64,000 nucleotides of DNA, from positions 832-64,831 of the IMG/VR virus record IMGVR_UViG_3300020385_000660. The stretch is one strand, 5' to 3'. Both the position numbers and the translations under genes were made by a program. The notes beneath the pieces are model-generated. The model saw only the letters and a program-made list of their open reading frames with translations, had not been told where the DNA came from and did no database searches. Below are positions 1-6,311 of the stretch, in pieces (the stretch's first letter is position 1; each line of letters begins with the position of its first letter). This DNA comes from a virus. Its lineage: Duplodnaviria; Caudoviricetes.

Positions 1-898
1 TGTTTCTATACTTGTACATGGCTTTACCATTTACATTTTCAAGTTTAGGTATAATACATTGAAACACATCAAGCACTTGCTTTGGTGAGTCCCAATTGAC
101 ATCTACTTGTTTCTCAACAGTGTCAAACAAATCACCTTGAATATACGTTGGTATAAACTTTTGCATACGATGGTCTTCAACCACATATTGATTGAGGACA
201 TCTTGCAAGAGTTCAGCATCATAGTATGATTTCTTACTAAGGTTAATCCATTTGTCACGATCAAGAGAAATACCGTTAAATTCTATGTCAGCAAATGCTA
301 ACACAGCACGGTTCTCTAGTTCTACAACATTTTTAAGCTTGTTAACAATGATAGGTGCTCGTTGCTTTTCATGTATCTGAATAAGATACTGAACATCTTT
401 AGCACCATAAACAATTTGACTTGGTGTAAATCGTTTATTTATACCACCTATAAAAGATGATTGTACATTTTTATTAAGATCAATGTTGAGATAACGTTTA
501 ACAGTATTTTTAAGACTGTTACTGAGTTCTTTACCACAGTTTATAACTTTTTCTGTAAGCATAGTATCATACACATTTGAGCATTTGATACCGCAGTTGT
601 AACGGATAAAGTTAAGATCAAATTTAGCGTTGTGAAATATCTTAAGTATGTTTGGTGATTCTAAAATATCTTTAAACACTACTAATGGATAATCACGCAC
701 ATCTATAACATATTGATGAGTATCATCACCAATTTGAAACATAGTCATGTCATCACGCACAAAATTAAGACCGGTGGTTTCTGTATCTACAGCAAGAATA
801 TTTTTGCTTTTACAGTAATTAACGGCATCTTCGATAGTGGCTTCAAAATACAAGTCACTATCAAACATGTCGTCATTATAAGTTACAAAATATATCAT
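1..898 (-). CDS. polA: DNA polymerase family A, N-terminal 3'-5' exonuclease part (truncated by window edge)
   Basis: Not in the ORF track; translated by hand from ATG 898, which overlaps the upstream stop (ATGA). MIYFVTYNDD...LAVDTETTGL (ExoI), KIFHNAKFDL (ExoII), YDTML, YGAKDV (ExoI-III of DnaQ-like fold), then LENRAVLAFADIEFNGISLD typical of PolA. Open to the window edge. Confidence 0.88.
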   Translation of the reverse strand, partial: MIYFVTYNDDMFDSDLYFEATIEDAVNYCKSKNILAVDTETTGLNFVRDDMTMFQIGDDTHQYVIDVRDYPLVVFKDILESPNILKIFHNAKFDLNFIRYNCGIKCSNVYDTMLTEKVINCGKELSNSLKNTVKRYLNIDLNKNVQSSFIGGINKRFTPSQIVYGAKDVQYLIQIHEKQRAPIIVNKLKNVVELENRAVLAFADIEFNGISLDRDKWINLSKKSYYDAELLQDVLNQYVVEDHRMQKFIPTYIQGDLFDTVEKQVDVNWDSPKQVLDVFQCIIPKLENVNGKAMYKYRN

Positions 899-1113
899 AG
901 TTGATCTGGTTGTTTAGTAAGATGCTTGTCATAATCAGGCATTGCTTTATTATCTACAAATGTAATAACACTTCTAGCATATACTGTATCAATCCAAGTA
1001 TTCTCCCACTTAAACTTATCAACATTGTTTTCTTCTGCTGTTTCTGCAATTGCTTTAAATGCATAATAGCTATTATCTACTATCATTGCATAAATCCATT
1101 TCATATGTGACAT
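895..1113 (-). CDS. hypothetical protein (~72 aa)
   Basis: Track ORF 895..1152 trimmed to ATG 1113 because the upstream part is a terminator hairpin; its stop is coupled to the polymerase start. Confidence 0.65.
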   Translation of the reverse strand: MSHMKWIYAMIVDNSYYAFKAIAETAEENNVDKFKWENTWIDTVYARSVITFVDNKAMPDYDKHLTKQPDQL

Positions 1114-1116
1114 AAT

Positions 1117-1153
1117 AAAAAGAAACGCAGGGAAGCTTCCACTCTTCCCCACG
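1117..1153 (-). terminator. intrinsic terminator after the 194-aa gene
   Basis: Minus strand: CGTGGGGAAG-8nt-CTTCCCTGCG, a 10-bp stem with 2 G-U pairs, followed by TTTCTTTTT. Confidence 0.7.
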
Positions 1154-1164
1154 AATTACACATT

Positions 1165-1749
1165 TTACATTAGTTCCATATCATCAGACTCAAAAGCAGC
1201 AACTTTAGTCTTAAGACTAGTACTATCTGGCTCTAAGAATGTATGAACTTGATCGTTCATGTCATTAGTTAGAATAATAGTACTTTGTGTAAAGATATAG
1301 TCACCATTATGAGTGATATAGTCACCATCTTTACCACGACGTTTAGCTTGAGTTTCCCAATTATCTTGTTGATACTCAGTTGGTTCAGTACTCTCTGTAA
1401 TAAGAACACGCATTCTAGTATCTTGAATAACTGGATTAAGTACATTTAAGTCTAATATCTCTTGTTGCTTGCTATTTGTATACCAAGCCTGATCATTACC
1501 TAAGTTTATACTCATTAACTCTTCTGCATCAACTACTTCCACAGACATCCAACAACGTCTAGCACCTGATGTAAATCTATCATCTGATTTATTTAATAAT
1601 GCTAATACATTTACTCCTGTATTAGTTGCTTTGATGATTTCTGCAAATTCTAATTGAATTTTACCACCATTTACTTTGCGAGCATTTACTAATAAAGTGT
1701 CGCCTTTTTTAAGTGTATCTAATGATCCACTGTTGATTTGATTTGCCAT
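1165..1749 (-). CDS. conserved-looking phage protein, possibly single-stranded DNA-binding protein
   Basis: 194-aa beta-rich ORF with acidic C-tail (AAFESDDMELM), upstream of the DNA polymerase. The CDS is solid; the SSB function is inference only. Confidence 0.6.
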   Translation of the reverse strand: MANQINSGSLDTLKKGDTLLVNARKVNGGKIQLEFAEIIKATNTGVNVLALLNKSDDRFTSGARRCWMSVEVVDAEELMSINLGNDQAWYTNSKQQEILDLNVLNPVIQDTRMRVLITESTEPTEYQQDNWETQAKRRGKDGDYITHNGDYIFTQSTIILTNDMNDQVHTFLEPDSTSLKTKVAAFESDDMELM

Positions 1750-1774
1750 GTTTGTACATGATTTTAAATGTTTA

Positions 1775-1804
1775 TGCTAGTTTCGAAGGTGTACTAGCAA
1801 CCTT
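1775..1804 (-). promoter_or_regulatory. H-type pseudoknot in 5' leader of the 194-aa gene
   Basis: Minus strand AAGGT-TGCTAGT-AC-ACCTT-CGAA-ACTAGCA: S1 AAGG(T)/(A)CCTT, S2 TGCTAGT/ACTAGCA, then an AU-rich 25-nt spacer to the ATG. Confidence 0.55.
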
Positions 1805-1806
1805 TT

Positions 1807-1852
1807 TAGTGAAGCACATGAGAATCGAACTCATGTTTATACCATATGCTTC
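1807..1852 (-). ncRNA. miniature tRNA-like element (acceptor stem + T-arm, no anticodon arm)
   Basis: Minus strand GAAGCAT-ATGGTATAAAC-ATGAG-TTCGATT-CTCAT-GTGCTTC-A-CTA: 7-bp acceptor, 5-bp T-stem, canonical T-loop, discriminator A. Confidence 0.72.
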
Positions 1853-1853
1853 A

Positions 1854-2762
1854 GGTTTATAATACTCTGAGATTACAAGTATTATTGATGTGTCTTTGAT
1901 AGAATTATAACCCGCCAAGGTCTTTCTCTCTTTTATCCACACTCTTTTGAAGTGTATCACATCAGTGACGGTTAGTATAGTTAACCACTCTTATCGATAA
2001 TACCTACTCACACAATAATAAATCTATAATAGAGTAGCGAACCCTAAAACAAATGTTTCTTGTGCGAACACCTATACCTTGCGAGTATAAAATGCACTAC
2101 ATTCACCTAAGTGTGTAGTATTAGTCACCTTTCAGCACTATCGTCCACTGTCTTTTGCTTTTTTTTAAGTTGTTAGTTAATCAACTGCCAATTATTGGGG
2201 GCGTGCAGCGGAAATTGCTATCATCCTTTTGAGATGTAAATACAACACGAGCCCATATGATTTGTCAAATCACGATAAGTCAAGACATCCTTAAGTTTAA
2301 GGACACCTATATTATTAAACAATACCCATACATAGCCTGACGGACTAATTCTGAACTTGTTCTACAGATTATTCTTATTGGGATTACTCCCTCAACATTA
2401 GTTGGCACTAATGTCACACATTCACTCAGGCGATAGCCCTCTGTTTCAATGTGATATTCTGCTTGCGTAGATTGACCATAAATGGCAACACATCAAGAGT
2501 ATTTCTCCCCTTGATGTGTCTTTCACACATTGCTGTGCTTATCGGGCCACGCCCCATACTTTTAATAATTTCTCAGCTGCACGAAAAACATAAATAGATA
2601 AATTGGCTATGCACTAGCAAACTTATCTAATATTTTCCTATCAACTCTCGCCAGAGAACGCATGCTATTTCTCCTTTTTTTTATTCTATTTCTTTCTTAA
2701 CTCGCAAGCTAAGAAATACTCAATAGTGCAAAAGCCTTGCAGACGTCATACTGCAGCCCTCA
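1854..2762 (-). ncRNA. candidate large (~900 nt) highly structured non-coding RNA
   Basis: No credible long ORF. Dense hairpins with GCAA/GTAA tetraloops, and G-U pairs that work on the minus strand. Long-range helices 2567-2583/2202-2216, 2142-2150/1963-1970 and 2135-2142/1996-2003. Confidence 0.62.
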
Positions 2763-2804
2763 GAAGAGTAGCAGGAATCGAACCTGCACTAACCATTTAC
2801 TCTA
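2763..2804 (-). ncRNA. miniature tRNA-like element (acceptor stem + T-arm, no anticodon arm)
   Basis: Minus strand (T)AGAGTA-AATGGTTAGT-GCAGG-TTCGATT-CCTGC-TACTCT(T)-C: 6-bp acceptor plus terminal mismatch, 5-bp T-stem, canonical T-loop. Confidence 0.7.
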
Positions 2805-2937
2805 TTACAATTATATATCCTAATACATCGTTGACGTGATCACAATTTGCACATTCTGCAAGTGTATCATGACCAACGTGTTCAAGAGTATGACCTTTAT
2901 CGTGGCCACACTCTGAACAGTTTATTTTAGCTATCAT
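2797..2937 (-). CDS. small zinc-ribbon protein (46 aa)
   Basis: Manual translation MIAKINCSECGHDKGHTLEHVGHDTLAECANCDHVNDVLGYIIVIE*; two CxxC pairs; ATGA overlap with the upstream stop. Confidence 0.65.
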   Translation of the reverse strand: MIAKINCSECGHDKGHTLEHVGHDTLAECANCDHVNDVLGYIIVIE

Positions 2938-3140
2938 TTCTTATTACGTGTAAGTGTTGAAATGATTTTATCTAATTTAGCTTTCTCTTTCTTTGCACCA
3001 TTTGGTTGATTGATTTGTAATGCTTTGCGTATTTGTACATAAGCATCTAATCCATCTTTGTTGATGAAAGAGTCACGAGCATCTTGCCTGTCTTTGGCAA
3101 GAGCTCGTCTTATATCTTTTTTGAATTTACTATGTGCCAT
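2934..3140 (-). CDS. small basic hypothetical protein
   Basis: 68-aa ORF tightly packed between its neighbours. Confidence 0.65.
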   Translation of the reverse strand: MAHSKFKKDIRRALAKDRQDARDSFINKDGLDAYVQIRKALQINQPNGAKKEKAKLDKIISTLTRNKK

Positions 3141-3142
3141 GA

Positions 3143-3454
3143 TTAGTCGTCTTTTGTTAGTCTAGTCCATTTAAATTCTAATGTCATAAATGGGATTACA
3201 ATATGAACTCCTTTTGTGTATTTATTATTTTCAATAGCAATAGCACATCCTAGTATCCAACCACCATTTACACTGTGATTAAATCTCCAATTTTGTGTGT
3301 GCAATAAATAAATTGCAAGTGCTGATATTAACCAGCCTAACCACAATATTGTACATAATAGTTTATCAGAACCATCTGATAAGTTTAGTTTTTCTGTCAA
3401 TATCATAAGAGACAGAGTTAACAATCCAAGAACAATTAAGTTTAGTCTTTTCAT
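3143..3454 (-). CDS. small membrane protein
   Basis: 103 aa with two hydrophobic segments; AT-rich leader. Confidence 0.65.
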   Translation of the reverse strand: MKRLNLIVLGLLTLSLMILTEKLNLSDGSDKLLCTILWLGWLISALAIYLLHTQNWRFNHSVNGGWILGCAIAIENNKYTKGVHIVIPFMTLEFKWTRLTKDD

Positions 3455-3486
3455 TTTGTTAAGGGTTTTAATTAATAAATAAAAAT

Positions 3487-3700
3487 AAGCAGTTTAACAC
3501 ACTTGCTTGGGTGTTGCCTTGGCATCAATGTTTCTGTAACACAGAATTGTGCTAACCTCTAGAGATGCTCTTAAGCGTAAATATTTGCTTGTGTTAGATC
3601 GCACAAGACTACATTCTTTTTTCTACCTGCTGTCCCGATAACTCGTCAGTTATCACAGGGCGCGAGTTGTGCGCGTCCTAAGCTCATTGCTTAATCTATT
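3487..3700 (-). promoter_or_regulatory. structured intergenic RNA ending in an H-type pseudoknot
   Basis: Chain of hairpins (e.g. GATAACT-GACG-AGTTATC, CTTGTG..CACAAG, TTCTGT..ACAGAA), then AACAC-CC-AAGCA-AGT-GTGTT-AAAC-TGCTT at 3515-3487. Confidence 0.5.
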
Positions 3701-3716
3701 TTGGGAATAAATAAAA

Positions 3717-4106
3717 TCAAACGCTCTTTAATTGAGCGCCTGATTTCTTGATTAGTGTAAGAAAGTTTACAAACTCTCTTGCATTCATTTCTCCCGGAAG
3801 AGTTATGACCATTTCTATAGGTGCCACAACTTTCTCTTGTCGTGGTTCTATAGTTTCACAAACTTCAGTATCAAACTTTGGTTTGCGAGTGCTATTAGCA
3901 ATACTAGAATAAGCTTTACGCCAATACTTATTGATAATTCTAACACCTTTTGTATTTACATACGATGGCATTGTATAACGTTTAGGCAAATCCTTAATAC
4001 TTGTTGGGATTTTACCTTTGAAATGAACTCTTTCTGATTGTAACATGTTTACAATTTCCTTTTGGATAAGAGCTTCAGATATTTTACGAGAAGTTGTCTG
4101 TGTCAT
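3717..4106 (-). CDS. hypothetical protein
   Basis: 129-aa basic ORF on the same strand as its neighbours. Confidence 0.7.
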   Translation of the reverse strand: MTQTTSRKISEALIQKEIVNMLQSERVHFKGKIPTSIKDLPKRYTMPSYVNTKGVRIINKYWRKAYSSIANSTRKPKFDTEVCETIEPRQEKVVAPIEMVITLPGEMNAREFVNFLTLIKKSGAQLKSV

Positions 4107-4157
4107 AATGGTTAATGATTAAGATAGATTGAATTTTTATGTTAGTTTGTATAAAAT

Positions 4158-4231
4158 CATTAAGCTGACATTTTTAACCTATGATCTGTAAGATGGTTAT
4201 TAATGTTTTTACAAAAATGTCATGCTTAATG
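4158..4231. repeat. long inverted repeat / hairpin
   Basis: CATTAAGC-TGACATTTTT (4158-4175) pairs with AAAAATGTCA-T-GCTTAATG (4213-4231): 18 bp with one bulge. Confidence 0.7.
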
Positions 4232-4325
4232 TGCAAGGGCTAATCTCTGTGATAACCGCTTGTGCTATAATATCTAATTAGATACTTATGGTTGATGGCC
4301 AAAATATGCTAAAATATGGTGATAA

Positions 4326-4376
4326 GGCGTTGGGAGAGACACTCAGTGCCTCCCCTCCAAGGTCACGCCAGACCTT
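4326..4376 (-). promoter_or_regulatory. pseudoknot with inserted hairpin
   Basis: Minus strand: S1 AAGGTC/GACCTT, S2 GGCGT/ACGCC, loop 3 holding the 10-bp hairpin GGGGAGGCAC-TGA-GTGTCTCTCC (G-U pairs fix the strand). Confidence 0.5.
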
Positions 4377-4416
4377 TTTATCAATAGTTATGCTTTTTAA
4401 AAAATTAGAAATACAG

Positions 4417-4602
4417 CTATTTAAGCTGTACTTCTAACCCGACTTTGAAGTCTTTGAACAATTCCTTGTTCTCGGTGTACACCAATTTACCTTCATGAAA
4501 GATATTCTCTTTTATGAAATCAGCGGTGAAACCGATTCTGCATTCAACACCATTCTTGTTGATTGTTTTGTCGTGTATACGAACAATTTTAGCTGTAGCC
4601 AT
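4417..4602 (-). CDS. small hypothetical protein, first gene of the leftward unit
   Basis: 61-aa ORF with an AT-rich leader, next to the strand switch. Confidence 0.6.
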   Translation of the reverse strand: MATAKIVRIHDKTINKNGVECRIGFTADFIKENIFHEGKLVYTENKELFKDFKVGLEVQLK

Positions 4603-4763
4603 AGTGGAAGATATTTAAGTTAATTTATAATTAATAAGTTTGACGGGGACCTTTGGAACCCTAAAACAGGAGGGGGGTGTTGTTTGAATACCCCTACGCG
4701 TTCGAATCTAAAACAAATTTTTAAATTTTTCCCCCAAAAATTTTTTATTCTACCCAGGATAAT

Positions 4764-4771
4764 TATATTTG
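4764..4771 (+). promoter_or_regulatory. Bacteroidota-type -7 promoter element
   Basis: TATATTTG matches TAnnTTTG, at the start of the rightward unit. Confidence 0.6.
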
Positions 4772-4776
4772 TAAGG

Positions 4777-4912
4777 ACAAGGAATTTCGCTCTCTTATGA
4801 GTTTTATGTTACGACGGCTGGGCAGGTGTCTTCACACTGTGTTCTTATACTGCACTACATTCTTATAGGTTCGGAAAATACTGAAGGCCTCGCTATCAAC
4901 GGGGTCTTTTTT
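4777..4912 (+). ncRNA. candidate small RNA (or leader peptide transcript)
   Basis: Bounded by the promoter at 4764 and the terminator at 4885-4912; contains only a 23-codon ORF. Confidence 0.4.
4885..4912 (+). terminator. intrinsic terminator
   Basis: AGGCCTCG-CTATCAA-CGGGGTCT followed by TTTTT. Confidence 0.65.
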
Positions 4913-4932
4913 AACCCCTAAATAAAAAAGTT

Positions 4933-5082
4933 ATGGCATGCAAATGTGGAAAAAATGAAGAATGTAAATGTGCAAAGGAAAATAATAATAATTTCGAAGA
5001 TTACATTAAAGATCTCACAAATGATGAGCAACCAACTTGTTCTATAGAAGATCAAGAAAGTTGTGAAAATTGCGGGAGTTAA
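4933..5082 (+). CDS. small Cys-rich protein (49 aa)
   Basis: Manual translation MACKCGKNEECKCAKENNNNFEDYIKDLTNDEQPTCSIEDQESCENCGS*; A-rich leader. Confidence 0.7.
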   Translation: MACKCGKNEECKCAKENNNNFEDYIKDLTNDEQPTCSIEDQESCENCGS

Positions 5083-5093
5083 CTTAATTTTAT

Positions 5094-5101
5094 TATATTT
5101 G
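5094..5101 (+). promoter_or_regulatory. Bacteroidota-type -7 promoter element
   Basis: TATATTTG directly upstream of a structured non-coding segment. Confidence 0.6.
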
Positions 5102-5107
5102 CAAAAG

Positions 5108-5362
5108 AAGCACTCATAGAGTATCACCCCCCAGGTAGCCAATAAGGGGTCAGACGTTGGATTGTAGGTTCAAATAGAACTAGAGTTTTCTCCAATAGCT
5201 TCGAAAGAGTAACGTATAGGCTTTAGTTAGGATAAATTGCACACAGGTAAGTGCGGTGAATTAACATCAGTATTATTATCCTTGGGTCCCCATCGGGAGC
5301 ACTGCTAAACGCTGAAATCACACTTGAAATCTAAAATCCAAGGGGGATACCTATGCTTTTTT
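5108..5362 (+). ncRNA. candidate ~255-nt structured ncRNA
   Basis: 5' AAGCA..ATAG.GTATC.CCCC pairs with 3' GGGG.GATAC.CTAT.GCTT, followed by a T-tract. Internal multibranch stems including a GAAA tetraloop. Own promoter; no ORF. Confidence 0.6.
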
Positions 5363-5391
5363 GGATTGTAGTAAAAACTTTTATATATTTG
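5360..5391 (+). promoter_or_regulatory. full Bacteroidota sigma-70-type promoter
   Basis: TTTG (5360-5363), 20-nt spacer, TATATTTG (5384-5391), upstream of the GroES-like gene. Confidence 0.7.
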
Positions 5392-5413
5392 TGGAAACAT
5401 AAAACTATATAAA

Positions 5414-5677
5414 ATGGCTTTTAAACCAAACAACGCGTGGGTAGTTCTACCCGACCCAACATCAGAAACAACAGAATCTGGAATTATTTTAGATGAGTCA
5501 ACAAGAAAGTCTAGAGCTACTAATGTTCTAGAAGTTATCTCTGTTGGCCCTCAATGTACCTTTGTTAAACCTGGAGATACCGCAGTAATAGATCCTAGGA
5601 CAGAAGCAATTCAATTAGATATTGATGGCAAACCTTGCTTATTAGTTGGAGAACACCAAATAGTAGGTAAGCAATGA
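5414..5677 (+). CDS. groES: co-chaperonin GroES/Cpn10-like
   Basis: FKPxxxxVV, mobile-loop TTESGIIL, EVISVGP, VKPGDxxV motifs; 87 aa. Confidence 0.85.
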   Translation: MAFKPNNAWVVLPDPTSETTESGIILDESTRKSRATNVLEVISVGPQCTFVKPGDTAVIDPRTEAIQLDIDGKPCLLVGEHQIVGKQ

Positions 5678-5862
5678 TAACTAGTAGTGTAATATTAGAT
5701 ACTCCTACTGAGTGGATACGAACTGTACTAAGATTTGAAGAAAAGATTAGTGATCTTGAAGCTGTAGGTTCAGTAAAACATTGGGATACACATTTAAGTA
5801 TAACAGAAGATGGATTTAAAGTGAGCATTGAGGTAGAAATGGAGGACGATTATGAGCAGTAA
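5674..5862 (+). CDS. hypothetical acidic protein
   Basis: 62 aa, overlapping both neighbours in operon fashion. Confidence 0.65.
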   Translation: MITSSVILDTPTEWIRTVLRFEEKISDLEAVGSVKHWDTHLSITEDGFKVSIEVEMEDDYEQ

Positions 5863-6202
5863 AAAAAGAATAACAGTTAAGATTGACACTACTTATAAGT
5901 ATATTAGATTATGGAACGGTCTTTTTAATCTAACCCCTAAAGAGTTAAAAATACTAGCAGAATTTGTTGACGTCAATCGAGAGATTGGAAATAAATTTGA
6001 AAATGCTTGTCACGTAGAAATTAAAAAGATTGTGGCTAAGAATCTTAAGATAGAAGATTACAACACTTTAAATAATTATGTTAAGCGTTTTAAAAAGAAA
6101 GGTGTTATATTGAAAAAGAAAAAACACTACACTTTAAATAAACTCCTTGACCCGGAAACATCTAGTGTAGAAATACTAATAAAATATGCAGATAATAGGT
6201 GA
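5852..6202 (+). CDS. putative winged-helix DNA-binding protein
   Basis: LTPKELKILAEF...IVAKNLKI...TLNNYVKRFKKKGVI...YTLN pattern of a wHTH. Confidence 0.6.
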   Translation: MSSKKRITVKIDTTYKYIRLWNGLFNLTPKELKILAEFVDVNREIGNKFENACHVEIKKIVAKNLKIEDYNTLNNYVKRFKKKGVILKKKKHYTLNKLLDPETSSVEILIKYADNR

Positions 6203-6311
6203 TGAACACTATATATATTCTACTTATTCTCATCCATTTTACACTTTAATAGTAGTGCAAGATGGTAATGGTGAATTAATAGAATTTCAAATTGAACAAC
6301 ATTATGAGTAA
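6186..6311 (+). CDS. small hypothetical protein (41 aa)
   Basis: Manual translation MQIIGDEHYIYSTYSHPFYTLIVVQDGNGELIEFQIEQHYE*; fills the gap and overlaps both neighbours. Confidence 0.5.
   Translation: MQIIGDEHYIYSTYSHPFYTLIVVQDGNGELIEFQIEQHYE

Noticed and set aside
63-73. 11-nt match AACACATCAAG between polA and the large RNA (2487-2497)
   Set aside because: Short enough to arise by chance; not enough to claim antisense targeting.
1772-1960. 62-aa minus-strand ORF from the track
   Set aside because: Non-ATG start; runs through the tRNA-like element and pseudoknot; better explained as structured RNA.
2062-2285. GTGCG plus GAGCCC..TGATTT/AAATCA resembling a group II intron start and domain V on the plus strand
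   Set aside because: The domain V lower stem does not close, there is no interrupted gene or RT, and G-U pairs and GNRA loops favour the minus strand.
2607-2676. AAGGAG + 18-codon ORF (MRSLARVDRKILDKFASA) inside the large RNA
   Set aside because: Too short to support, and Bacteroidota genes here do not use SD sequences; kept only as a possibility.
2763-2804. Functional tRNA gene or integration att site
   Set aside because: No anticodon arm, and no integrase in the window; reported as a tRNA-like mimic instead.
3637-3656. CTGACGAG hammerhead-like core on the minus strand
   Set aside because: It sits within a simple hairpin; no stem II-GAAA-stem III arrangement follows.
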